IMG/VR virus record: IMGVR_UViG_3300024999_000072
Coordinates: 1-64,000 of that record
Direction: 5' to 3' (one strand)
DNA from: a virus
DNA: 64,000 bases
Shown: piece by piece, positions 37,924-46,229 of the stretch
How the letters are laid out: the number at the start of each line of letters is the position of its first letter
How positions within the stretch are numbered: position 1 is the stretch's first letter
Translations under genes and position numbers: made by a program
Notes under the pieces: generated by a model
Told to the model about the DNA's origin: nothing
The model's input: only the letters and a program-made list of their open reading frames with translations
Database searches by the model: none

Positions 37924-39175
37924 AGTCATGCACCTCGCCTTGAATATCTTCGTATGGCATAGCGAACTGGGGGAGTCTGGAAAGGAGTTCGTGGTAACGG
38001 TCGGGATCGGAAACAACAGAAGGGAAATACATAGACTGAACCTCTATCTCTTCATCCCAGTCGAATATTGCTCGGCCCTTAGCCTTCTTTGGTATGAAGG
38101 CTGCTTTGCTATTGCCTAAAATCATGTTGGAGTTCACGGTATCCTTAACCCGGTAAACGAGATTAGCGTCAAACATAGCTTTCAACTCAGGGAATGAACC
38201 GATCTTACCGAGCGCACCGGAACTAGGGCGTTGGATTGCTCCGACAGTAAATATTCCCTGAGATCTGCCAACATGGAGAAGCCGATGATAGGAGTTATAG
38301 GCATCCTTTGTTAACTCTCCCATCTCATCGCAACACAGAACGATTGCCGGCATCTTGTGCCCGATCTGAAGGAACTCCGGAAAGTTTCTTGCGCCGGTTG
38401 AATTAACAATCGGAGCCCTACGGTCGTTCTCGTCGTTAACCCACTGCAGGAGTTTTTCGATGTGATGGGGTTTTTTTGCCCACAAAAGTCCATGCTTTTC
38501 GAGATACTGAAACTCACCTAGTTTAGGATCCAGCATAACGGGTATTACACGAGGCTGTTGGTCAATGCGGTTCATACTCAGAAGGGTATAGAGGATTACG
38601 TGTTCGATGTTTGACTTCCCGCTGCCCATCATGCCAACGATGAGGAGTGTGAGCATTTCGGCAAGATCCTTGACGACAAGTCCGTTAATGGAGTAGCCCA
38701 CAGGGAAGGGGAGTAGCATACCTTTCTTGATATAGGGGGAGGGGTCGAACTCGTAGGGATAGGACTTCTTGCGGTCCACGTTACTAACTGTCATATGCAC
38801 CGCCATTCCGTGGGCTTCGATCTGACAGGTGCCATCCTCACCTAAAGCATCAGCAAAGGTCTGCTCTAAGGACTTGAACTTCTCGAAGTTGTGTCCAGGC
38901 GGGAGGTTGATCACAAAGAACCATGTTTCGTCAGAGTGGTCATCCATGGACTTGATTCGGCTTATGATCTCCTTCAGGCTCTTAGGGGCCTCCGATTTAG
39001 ATTTAGGCTCCTTGGGTTCGTCGAGTCTCTTCTCGATGATGAGGGGACGGTAATCCTCTCCGTAGACGTGGACTATGACATCGTAGATCTTGGCGGGGAT
39101 ACCGCCGCCTCGTTCTCTGCCGCGCCGCCACTGCCTCATGGCGTGGTCGTAAAGATCATGTCGTTCTGTTGTCAC
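37811..39175 (-). CDS. FtsK/SpoIIIE-family DNA translocase/coupling ATPase
   Basis: GMMGSGKS, LDPK, DEMGEL, GRSQG..AIQRP and KGRA motifs; no TM or gamma domain evident. Confidence 0.9.
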   Translation of the reverse strand: MTTERHDLYDHAMRQWRRGRERGGGIPAKIYDVIVHVYGEDYRPLIIEKRLDEPKEPKSKSEAPKSLKEIISRIKSMDDHSDETWFFVINLPPGHNFEKFKSLEQTFADALGEDGTCQIEAHGMAVHMTVSNVDRKKSYPYEFDPSPYIKKGMLLPFPVGYSINGLVVKDLAEMLTLLIVGMMGSGKSNIEHVILYTLLSMNRIDQQPRVIPVMLDPKLGEFQYLEKHGLLWAKKPHHIEKLLQWVNDENDRRAPIVNSTGARNFPEFLQIGHKMPAIVLCCDEMGELTKDAYNSYHRLLHVGRSQGIFTVGAIQRPSSGALGKIGSFPELKAMFDANLVYRVKDTVNSNMILGNSKAAFIPKKAKGRAIFDWDEEIEVQSMYFPSVVSDPDRYHELLSRLPQFAMPYEDIQGEVHDYEQHKSSKSRKGLLPRFTGSSSPRALQLLEHGSNPFA

Positions 39176-39240
39176 TTCGTTCCTCCCTTCTCTTCTTCGC
39201 GGGGTTTTGGCTAGTGTTTATGCGGTTTTTAGCTTGTTCA

Positions 39241-39348
39241 CCGTTTGATAGGGCAAACGGGCTGGAATACGGGGTGTTAAACGTTTGTGCACTCGTTTTG
39301 TATTTTGAGATGGAAAACGTTTGAAGCAGAGGGATATCAAACGTTTGG
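39241..39348. repeat. hairpin plus AAACGTTTG repeats upstream of FtsK
   Basis: CCGTTTG-ATAGGG-CAAACGG at 39241-39260; AAACGTTTG three times (about 39279, 39315, 39339). Confidence 0.6.
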
Positions 39349-39579
39349 GGCAGGATGGGTTTTGCATCGGATGAGTTCATGAGCTATGAGACGTGCATCG
39401 GCTGGGGTGATGGGGTCTGCTAGCTTACCTAACGCTCCCATCTCAGCCAACTTCAGCCGAACTCCATCCCTGACCATATCAGCCATTTCTCCTTCCTCAA
39501 GATTCAGTCTCTTTACAGCTTGTTGAATGTCTTTGTCTCGCTTACGGAGTCTTGCCTTAAGAATTGTTATGTCGCTCAT
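39337..39579 (-). CDS. RHH-like protein heading the FtsK operon
   Basis: Beta strand ILKARLR followed by helices (MADMVRDGVR); GGAGG RBS. Confidence 0.6.
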   Translation of the reverse strand: MSDITILKARLRKRDKDIQQAVKRLNLEEGEMADMVRDGVRLKLAEMGALGKLADPITPADARLIAHELIRCKTHPAPNV

Positions 39580-39627
39580 GTGTGTACCTCCTGTGCTACG
39601 TGTGTGCTTTAGCTGTGACTCAAGGGT

Positions 39628-39677
39628 GTTCCGTCTGTGTCACAAATTACCTGTTGTAATATTATTAGTAATTACCG
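39628..39677 (-). promoter_or_regulatory. candidate sigma-H-like promoter and operator of the FtsK operon
   Basis: AGGTAATTTGTGACACAGACGGAAC (39652-39628); CGGTAATTACTAATA box at 39663-39677. Confidence 0.45.
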
Positions 39678-39726
39678 ATAATTATTCGTAAACGCTAAAA
39701 AAATAAAATAAAAAAATTGGCCCAAT

Positions 39727-39927
39727 TTAATCGAGCCAATCATACCAAATATATTCGACTTTAGTGTTTAATGCTTTAGCGATTTTTAACGCTATACGAA
39801 GGGATAGATTTGGCTTTTTGTCATTAACTATTTGACTTATTTCTGATTGCCTAATACCTGTTATTTCTGAAAGCTTAGTTTGACTAACACCTTGTTTTCG
39901 TAGGATTTCCCACAACCTACTATTCAT
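39727..39927 (-). CDS. XRE-family HTH regulator
   Basis: SQTKLSEITGIRQSEISQIVN. Confidence 0.85.
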   Translation of the reverse strand: MNSRLWEILRKQGVSQTKLSEITGIRQSEISQIVNDKKPNLSLRIALKIAKALNTKVEYIWYDWLD

Positions 39928-39947
39928 ATCATCACCACAGGTAAAAT

Positions 39948-39972
39948 ATTCCATATAAATAACAGAAATCCT
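39948..39972 (-). promoter_or_regulatory. sigma-H promoter (near consensus)
   Basis: AGGATTTCTGTTATTTATATGGAAT. Confidence 0.7.
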
Positions 39973-39982
39973 TCTTTTTATT

Positions 39983-40213
39983 TTAATAATAAGGCCATAT
40001 GTAATCAACCTTACTTCCGAGGGCTCTGGCTATCTTTTGAGCGGTAGTAAGGTAAATGGCTTTCCGGTCATTAATTATTTTGCTTATGTCACTCTGGGGG
40101 ATGCCTGTTAATCTAGAAAGCTCTCTTTGTGTTATTTTATTTCTGTGCATTATTTCTTCAAGTCTATTTTTGGGTTGATACACTCTCTCATCACCGAAGT
40201 CTACTTTCGGCAA
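39983..40213 (-). CDS. XRE-family HTH regulator (paralog of 39727-39927)
   Basis: TQRELSRLTGIPQSDISKIIN. Confidence 0.85.
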   Translation of the reverse strand: MPKVDFGDERVYQPKNRLEEIMHRNKITQRELSRLTGIPQSDISKIINDRKAIYLTTAQKIARALGSKVDYIWPYY

Positions 40214-40400
40214 TCAAGGAACATTTCCTCTGAAAAATAGACGGTAATTACTAATATATGTGATAACATATCAATTGTAGTGTCGATTAATTAGCAAATT
40301 TAGCGTAAACTATGCACTTGTTTCGGGAGTCGTAATTACCAAATTCGACACGACTCAAGATGTAAGCTTATAGGTAGCATCAAGGGAATGGCATACACGA

Positions 40401-40592
40401 ATGGTCGGCAAAAGAATCGCTGAATTCCGTAAGGATAGAGGATGGACTCAAAAGGAATTAGCTAAAGTCACGAAGTTAAGCAAGGGGCACATAGCGGCTA
40501 TCGAGGAGGGAAGGGAGATCCCGAAAATAAAAACAATAGCCATAATAGCGGAATGTCTAGACGTAGATCTGCAATCACTCTTAAGGAAGTAG
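40401..40592 (+). CDS. XRE-family HTH regulator
   Basis: WTQKELAKVTKLSKGHIAAIEEG. Confidence 0.85.
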   Translation: MVGKRIAEFRKDRGWTQKELAKVTKLSKGHIAAIEEGREIPKIKTIAIIAECLDVDLQSLLRK

Positions 40593-40643
40593 CAGTAAAT
40601 TATTTATTTAGTATTCGACAAGATACCCCTTGAAGTAAATCTA

Positions 40644-40655
40644 GAACATGTGTTC
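40644..40655. promoter_or_regulatory. LexA (Cheo/DinR) box
   Basis: Perfect GAAC-ATGT-GTTC between TTGAAG and TCTAAT; a degenerate second box follows. Confidence 0.75.
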
Positions 40656-40697
40656 TAATATAGAAAAGATGTTCTAATTGCGGCAGAGAGTTAGGAG

Positions 40698-41000
40698 TTG
40701 AGCATAAAAATGAGTACAGAAGAATACATTCGTCCCAAAAGGTTATTGAATGCAATTGTGGATAACTTAATAGAAGAAAGGGTTTTTGCTGGTACGAAGT
40801 GTGACAATGATAGCAAGATCGAGAGAGAGTTGATATCCTTAAGTAATACCATCAGAGAAAGAATGACTTCAGATCAGGACCTATTTGTAAGGTATGAAGA
40901 ACTGTCTACAATGATTGAAAATTCCTCATTAAGCGCTGCCTATAGGCAAGGATTTCATGATGGTATTAAGTTGTTTAGGGAGATGTTTTTCGAAGTCTGA
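40698..41000 (+). CDS. small helical protein, probably SOS-regulated
   Basis: AGGAG RBS; AYRQGFHDG motif; LexA box upstream. Confidence 0.7.
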   Translation: MSIKMSTEEYIRPKRLLNAIVDNLIEERVFAGTKCDNDSKIERELISLSNTIRERMTSDQDLFVRYEELSTMIENSSLSAAYRQGFHDGIKLFREMFFEV

Positions 41001-41039
41001 AGAAGCTTAGAGACCTTACGTGGTGTTGTATGTAATACA

Positions 41040-41230
41040 CCAGCAGGACACAAACTGGACGAAAATCCGCTTTACATGCTAGTGTCAAATTCTCCAAACG
41101 TTAATTGTGAAGAAATTACAGATCCCCCAACCATGCATGGTTGGGGGATTCCTTATTTTTTATGAACCTATAAAACCCTATAAAATTTTAGTTGCATGAC
41201 ACAAGTATGACACACTGTATGACACAAAAA
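41040..41230. other. probable attP region
   Basis: Non-coding gap at the integrase 3' end; ATGACACA three times (41196-41226); ACC(C)TATAAAA twice; perfect 28-bp palindrome at 41122-41149. Confidence 0.55.
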
Positions 41231-41232
41231 AA

Positions 41233-42273
41233 TTAAATCAAATCTACTGCTTTTTTTAATTCCTCAATATCTTTATGGGTGTAAACCTTGTCGGTGATAT
41301 CATTACTGGCGTGTCCCATAATTCTTTTAATACTCACCTTATTCGCGCCGGCATTATCCATTAGAGTGGCGAAGGTGTGCCTACAATCATGCGGACGATG
41401 ATCTGGCATTTCCAATTGCTCCATAATAATCTTCCATTTCTCTTCGTAGTAATTCCAATACTTCATTTGTTTGTTTTCGTGATTTACGATTAAAAACTCG
41501 TGCCCCTTATCCTTCCTCTCAGCTATATATGGGAGGATTTTTTTATTAATAGGTATGATTCGATTTTTCCCTGCTGCTGTTTTGAGGCCGCCTTTCATGG
41601 TCCTATTCTCAATGTCGATATCTGCTGTTTTTATCAAAAGTAATTCGCCAACACGTAGACCGGTATAAATCATAATCAAAGTGGTGTCTATAAAATCCAT
41701 CCTATCAACGTTATTAGTTAATAACGCAATCTCATCTTGTGTAAATGGCCTCCGGGTGCTTTCTGATTCGTTCTCTCCTATCTCGACAAATTTCGAATAG
41801 TCCTTATCTACAATATCATTTTCAAGTGCGTACTTGAAAAGCTGATTAAATAAAACTTTGATCTTTTTTAAAGTCCCGTGACCTTTCTCGCATTGGTCAA
41901 TTACGCTTTGCATGTGTGGTTTTTTGATCTCGGTGAATTTCGTATCATATAGGTCTGTAGAGTGATTATAGGCGGCATTATATCCATTTATGGTTGATTT
42001 TGAGTTTGTTTTCTTGAATTTTTCCTCCGACCATTTTCCGTAAAGCTCAGAGAAGGTAATTGCTTGATCTATAGAATATGGATTTTTATGGTATTCAGCT
42101 AAAGCAAGAAGGGCTTCTTGGCGCGTTTTAAAGTATCCGATAGGCTTGTAAAGCTGTTTAAGCTTACCTTTATCTTCGTCAAGTTCCCACCCTGTAGTGA
42201 CCCTTGCGCGGAATGGTCGTCTTCGTTTTCCTGATAACTTACTAATATTTCCGAAGCCATTGGGGTTTCTCAC
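41233..42273 (-). CDS. int: phage tyrosine integrase
   Basis: Arm-binding N-terminus RNPNGFG; TGLRVGE, KT, HDCRH, GH and Y catalytic residues. Confidence 0.95.
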   Translation of the reverse strand: MRNPNGFGNISKLSGKRRRPFRARVTTGWELDEDKGKLKQLYKPIGYFKTRQEALLALAEYHKNPYSIDQAITFSELYGKWSEEKFKKTNSKSTINGYNAAYNHSTDLYDTKFTEIKKPHMQSVIDQCEKGHGTLKKIKVLFNQLFKYALENDIVDKDYSKFVEIGENESESTRRPFTQDEIALLTNNVDRMDFIDTTLIMIYTGLRVGELLLIKTADIDIENRTMKGGLKTAAGKNRIIPINKKILPYIAERKDKGHEFLIVNHENKQMKYWNYYEEKWKIIMEQLEMPDHRPHDCRHTFATLMDNAGANKVSIKRIMGHASNDITDKVYTHKDIEELKKAVDLI

Positions 42274-42279
42274 CGTCTA

Positions 42280-42624
42280 TCACCCTTCTGTCATTACCTC
42301 GAGTCTACCAATAATTTTTAATTGATCTTCGTCTGGCAACTTTCTAAATAATGAAACAGCATACTGCTCTCCTTCAGATAGCCCATTGATTGGGCTATCT
42401 CTTTTTTCGCCCCTATACATTTCATCAAGAGTAATTCCTAGTAAGTCGCAAATCTCCATTAGTACTGCAGCGTCAATGGAATTTGTCCCATTCTCCCACG
42501 AAGAAATTGTATTGTGCTTAATTCCTAACTCTGCAGCCAACTGTCGCTGCGTAAGACCTTTTAAATCACGATAATACTTAAGATTTCTGGCAATGTTCTC
42601 CTTGATTTCCTTGATATCATCCAC
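42280..42624 (-). CDS. CI-like immunity repressor (HTH only, no S24 peptidase)
   Basis: LTQRQLAAELGIKHNTISSWENG; divergent from the cro-like gene. Confidence 0.85.
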   Translation of the reverse strand: MDDIKEIKENIARNLKYYRDLKGLTQRQLAAELGIKHNTISSWENGTNSIDAAVLMEICDLLGITLDEMYRGEKRDSPINGLSEGEQYAVSLFRKLPDEDQLKIIGRLEVMTEG

Positions 42625-42658
42625 CGCTATACCTCCTTTGCTCTGAATTTAATAACTC

Positions 42659-42772
42659 ATTATACTTCATAGCTTTACTTATATTCAATACAAATATTCA
42701 CGTAATATGAATATGTATGTTGACAGTTCATAAATTATGAACTAGTATAGTAATAAATTCATAATTCATGAA
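42659..42772. promoter_or_regulatory. genetic switch: divergent promoters and three TTCA-N7-TGAA operators
   Basis: Operators at 42697-42711, 42727-42741 and 42758-42772; PR TTGACA-N17-TAGTAT; PL TTGAAT-N18-TATAAT. Confidence 0.8.
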
Positions 42773-42791
42773 CAAGGGAGGTTGATTAACT

Positions 42792-43010
42792 GTGGCAGAT
42801 AGAACGATAGGCACTAGCATAAAGCAATACATGGCGAATAAGGGGATAAGCCAAGCTTTCATTTCGTCCAAAACAAAAATTCCTACAAATATCCTTAACC
42901 CTATCTTGAATGGAAAAAGAAATCTGCTTGCAGAAGAATACTTTATTATCTGCGAGGCTTTGGACGTACCCCTGCAAACATTCAAGGAATCAGAAAATCA
43001 AGCAAGTTAG
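42792..43010 (+). CDS. Cro-like HTH protein
   Basis: GISQAFISSKTKI....LNGKR; first rightward gene. Confidence 0.85.
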   Translation: MADRTIGTSIKQYMANKGISQAFISSKTKIPTNILNPILNGKRNLLAEEYFIICEALDVPLQTFKESENQAS

Positions 43011-43020
43011 GTTGGTGTGT

Positions 43021-43227
43021 ATGATGGGGACAAAAAGTCTCTCAGTTCATGAAGCGGCCGAGATTATGGGGAAGTCAGATCAATTCGTAAGAATTGGACT
43101 GCAGAGAGAAATCCTACCATTCGGATCTGCAGTTAAGTTAAGCACCAGGTGGACTTACTACATTTCTCCAACTAGGTTTTATGAATACGTGGGCAGGGAT
43201 GATGTCCGTTGTGAAAAAGTTGGTTAA
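43021..43227 (+). CDS. excisionase-like HTH protein
   Basis: SVHEAAEIMGKSDQFVRIGLQ..LPFG.A...WTYYI. Confidence 0.7.
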   Translation: MMGTKSLSVHEAAEIMGKSDQFVRIGLQREILPFGSAVKLSTRWTYYISPTRFYEYVGRDDVRCEKVG

Positions 43228-43413
43228 CGAGACACCCAACACCCAGAAAATGGCGGCGAGCCTAAAGATGTGGTAGGAGGCTAAAAACCACACCCAAGAC
43301 AATGGGTCCATATTTCTAACCTCGGATTCAAGTCTTTGCGTTGACTACAGGACACAACTTACTCTTCGCCACTTCCCTTATTAAAAGTATCTCACAAAAG
43401 GAAGGTGCAATAA

Positions 43414-43893
43414 ATGTCAAGAATCGCAACTAAATGCGCAGGTAATGCGTTCCATATTGCTCGAATAAGCGCGATTACGAGCAATGAAATGTTTAGCAGT
43501 CGCGAAGGCGTAGCGGAGATCACCGGTATAGAGCGAACACGACTTGGCCGAATTGAGGCCGGAACCTTGACTCCATATCCAGAAGAAGTGTTGTTACTGG
43601 CTCACGTTTATAATGCTCCAGAGCTTTCGAATCATTATTGCTCCAAGGAGTGTCCTCTTGGAAAGCAAACAATACGTCCGGTTGAAACTGGTGATTTGGA
43701 CCGCTTGACCTTAAAAGCATTATCGGCTTTACAGGATATAGTTCCGATCAAAGATATGCTTATCAACGTTGCTGCTGACGGAGTGATAAGCGATGCAGAA
43801 AGACCAAAGTTCAAACAAATTTTAGATGCCTTATACATGATTGCGGATAATGCTGAATCATTAAGGTTGTGGGCTGAGAAGAATCTGAAATAG
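43414..43893 (+). CDS. HTH transcriptional regulator (CII-like architecture)
   Basis: SREGVAEITGI HTH; YC..ECPLG and ADGVIS..E motifs. Confidence 0.75.
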   Translation: MSRIATKCAGNAFHIARISAITSNEMFSSREGVAEITGIERTRLGRIEAGTLTPYPEEVLLLAHVYNAPELSNHYCSKECPLGKQTIRPVETGDLDRLTLKALSALQDIVPIKDMLINVAADGVISDAERPKFKQILDALYMIADNAESLRLWAEKNLK

Positions 43894-43945
43894 ACGGGCG
43901 TCCGCACCGAAACTTAACTCGGTCACGAAAAAGGAGGGAATGTAA

Positions 43946-44140
43946 ATGGCAAGCCTTGCAGCTAATATACGTATTTGTGATTTGGATCAATTCAAGTCCT
44001 TGCTTCATCATTTCAGTAATCTAGTAAAGCACATCGAAAAAGGAGATTACAAAGATAGTTCCGGTAATGACTTGAAAAAATGTGATGCTTATTTGGAACT
44101 CGAATCATCACTCGCGAAAAAAGCTGCTCACGAAGTGTAA
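43946..44140 (+). CDS. hypothetical protein
   Basis: AGGAGG RBS. Confidence 0.6.
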   Translation: MASLAANIRICDLDQFKSLLHHFSNLVKHIEKGDYKDSSGNDLKKCDAYLELESSLAKKAAHEV

Positions 44141-44163
44141 GTTCGCAAGCAGCCAAGGAGTTT

Positions 44164-44487
44164 CTAGAATTCAATTTTCCGTTCGAAGTATTTAATTTCC
44201 GCTGTCTTTTGCATATCTTCCCATTTGTCGAAACTAGTAGTCCTTAAAATGTGTTCGTCGAATTCATCATCCGGAATAGCTGCGAAGTCCTCTACGGAAT
44301 TCACCTTAAATCCTCCGGATTCCAGAAGCTCTTTGAATGATTTGAATTCAGTGTACTCACTCATGAAATCTGGATTAAACAATTCTTCAAACGAAACCTC
44401 CCTTTCTTCGGATAGTTCTTTGGCTGCTGATTCCATTCGCCTTAGTTCCTTTTCGAGTTTATCAAAGCCCTCGAATTTCATCCCCAT
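44164..44487 (-). CDS. antisense moron, conserved hypothetical protein (MGMKFEGFDKLEK...)
   Basis: GGAGGTG RBS; own sigma-H promoter. Confidence 0.75.
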   Translation of the reverse strand: MGMKFEGFDKLEKELRRMESAAKELSEEREVSFEELFNPDFMSEYTEFKSFKELLESGGFKVNSVEDFAAIPDDEFDEHILRTTSFDKWEDMQKTAEIKYFERKIEF

Positions 44488-44515
44488 ATTCTCACCTCCC
44501 TTTATTAATTTACCA

Positions 44516-44540
44516 TTTCGATAAAAGGAAAAGAATTCCT
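44516..44540 (-). promoter_or_regulatory. sigma-H-like promoter
   Basis: AGGAATTCTTTTCCTTTTATCGAAA. Confidence 0.65.
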
Positions 44541-44547
44541 GTAAATA

Positions 44548-44802
44548 ATGGAAGTGAGCCAAGAACATTCGTATCGAAACTTGGCTCGGGCACGAAATCA
44601 AGAAAGCGAGGTGAACAAACTGGAAAAGCAAACAGAAAAGGCCACTCCAAACGGCAATTCGGAGCAGCCAAAAAGATTATGGTGTGCATGCGGATCGGAA
44701 TTAATTAAAACTTGTCCTGAGTGCAATGGCCGTTTTTCAAGAGAGGCAAATTACTGCGGCCGTTGTGGAGCTAAGCTGATAGACGCTATTCAACGTTCTT
44801 AA
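44548..44802 (+). CDS. double zinc-ribbon protein (start uncertain)
   Basis: CxCG, CPEC and YCGRCG motifs. Confidence 0.6.
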   Translation: MEVSQEHSYRNLARARNQESEVNKLEKQTEKATPNGNSEQPKRLWCACGSELIKTCPECNGRFSREANYCGRCGAKLIDAIQRS

Positions 44803-44989
44803 TCTTCGTCCCACAACTCGGGCAATGTATTTCAGTTTTATTCGGAAAATCCTTAGTGCATTTCGGACATTTAACTATCATCGGTTCCCCACAACGTGTG
44901 CAGAAATCTTCGGGACCAGGAATTAATTTATAAGTAGTTTTGTAATTACACTTTGGGTTACTGCAGAATTCAGCAAATCCAACAATCAT
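44786..44989 (-). CDS. double zinc-ribbon protein (antisense moron)
   Basis: CSNPKC, CTRCG, CPKC and CPSCG motifs; RBS. Confidence 0.7.
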   Translation of the reverse strand: MIVGFAEFCSNPKCNYKTTYKLIPGPEDFCTRCGEPMIVKCPKCTKDFPNKTEIHCPSCGTKIKNVE

Positions 44990-45033
44990 ATCACCTACCT
45001 CCTTTCTTTGGCTGATAACCTTAGCAATTACCA

Positions 45034-45058
45034 ATTCAACGGATGGGAGGAAGTTCCT
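45034..45058 (-). promoter_or_regulatory. sigma-H-like promoter
   Basis: AGGAACTTCCTCCCATCCGTTGAAT. Confidence 0.7.
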
Positions 45059-45075
45059 GCAAGGAGAGGATTTCT

Positions 45076-45729
45076 ATGACCAACCCAACATTAGTTAAAT
45101 CGGAAACCTTCGGAACTATTCAATGCGACTTTTGGCAAGATGGAAATCAAAACATCTTAATGACAAGAGAGCAGATCGGGAGGGCATTGGAATATAAAGA
45201 CCCACAAAAAGCTATTGATAATTTGCACTCAAAGCATCGCGAGAGATTGGACAAACTTTCAGTTACCCTCAAACTGAGGGGTACTGACGGGAAGGAATAC
45301 GACACCTGCGTTTATTTCGCAAAAGGAGTTTACGAGATTTGTCGATGGAGTCGCCAACCAAAGGCTGATAGTTTTATGGATTGGGTATGGGATGTAGTTG
45401 AAGTGCTCCGCAAATCTCCTAACATCGAAGGATTTCAAATCTTCCGAACTCTCGACAAAGACCACCAACGCGAAACTATGGATCGCCTAAAATCCAACCT
45501 AGCACAACCCGTTCAGGTGGATTTCATTAAAGCCAACACAATCGCCAACAAGGCTGTATCTTCCCTGCACGGCTATCCCAAGATGGTCAAAAAAAGCGAA
45601 ATGACACCGGATATGCTCGTGCAACGTCAGGAAATCCTCGAAGAGATCGTAAGTCTAATGGCAGTCAAGGAAAAGTTTAATCTGGATCTGCAGGTTAGTA
45701 AAACGGTTTATGGCAAGTACTTGAATTAG
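45076..45729 (+). CDS. BRO-N-type antirepressor
   Basis: MTREQIGRALEY and GVYEICRWSRQPKAD.FMDW motifs. Confidence 0.8.
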   Translation: MTNPTLVKSETFGTIQCDFWQDGNQNILMTREQIGRALEYKDPQKAIDNLHSKHRERLDKLSVTLKLRGTDGKEYDTCVYFAKGVYEICRWSRQPKADSFMDWVWDVVEVLRKSPNIEGFQIFRTLDKDHQRETMDRLKSNLAQPVQVDFIKANTIANKAVSSLHGYPKMVKKSEMTPDMLVQRQEILEEIVSLMAVKEKFNLDLQVSKTVYGKYLN

Positions 45730-45769
45730 CATTGTGAAAACATTGGTCATTGGAGGGAGGTGAAAAGGG

Positions 45770-46060
45770 ATGAACTATAAAGTTGTCATTGAAGAGCAAA
45801 TCGTTGAATTACAAGACAGACAAAAACAGCCAACAACACCGGATCAATCTTGTCTGATAGCCAGAACGATCATTGAGTTAGTAGAAATGGCAAAATGTCT
45901 TCCGGAAGAAAAAGAAATAGCCGAACCGAAAGTGCAAGTTTCAGAACGGCAAATAGTAGTCAACTTATTAGCCAATGTATCGAGCGATGTATCAGCGGAA
46001 GATATTGCTAAGGAAATCGTTAAGGGTCTTGAGTTCGCTTCAGCTTCTCATAATCTCTAA
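45770..46060 (+). CDS. hypothetical protein
   Basis: GGAGGTG RBS; paralogous N-terminus to 397-558. Confidence 0.65.
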   Translation: MNYKVVIEEQIVELQDRQKQPTTPDQSCLIARTIIELVEMAKCLPEEKEIAEPKVQVSERQIVVNLLANVSSDVSAEDIAKEIVKGLEFASASHNL

Positions 46061-46229
46061 GGATTGAGGCACAGACTTGCGCGGCAGTCTTGGCGGTTCT
46101 TGCATTCAGTGCAACAAAAGCGTTATTGTCTGGATTCGGGTTTTTCTCATTATATCTTTCTAGAAAATCATTGAGTAATTTATCGAAGTCAATTTCCAAA
46201 TTATTAATCACCTCGTTTCGTATCGACAT
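46020..46229 (-). CDS. antisense moron hypothetical protein (probable TTG start near 46199)
   Basis: GAGGTG RBS; degenerate sigma-H site at 46252-46276. Confidence 0.55.
   Translation of the reverse strand: MSIRNEVINNLEIDFDKLLNDFLERYNEKNPNPDNNAFVALNARTAKTAAQVCASILRDYEKLKRTQDP

Noticed and set aside
39156-39380. 74-aa ORF with QTF repeats
   Set aside because: Overlaps both neighbours and has no clear RBS; the repeats are better explained as DNA sites
35461-39579. Separate ICE/conjugative element inserted in the phage
   Set aside because: No VirB4/VirB6, dedicated integrase or boundary repeats seen; treated as a phage module
41122-41149. Protelomerase telRL site
   Set aside because: No protelomerase gene; the palindrome is short and GC-rich and lies between convergent genes, so a terminator is the simpler reading
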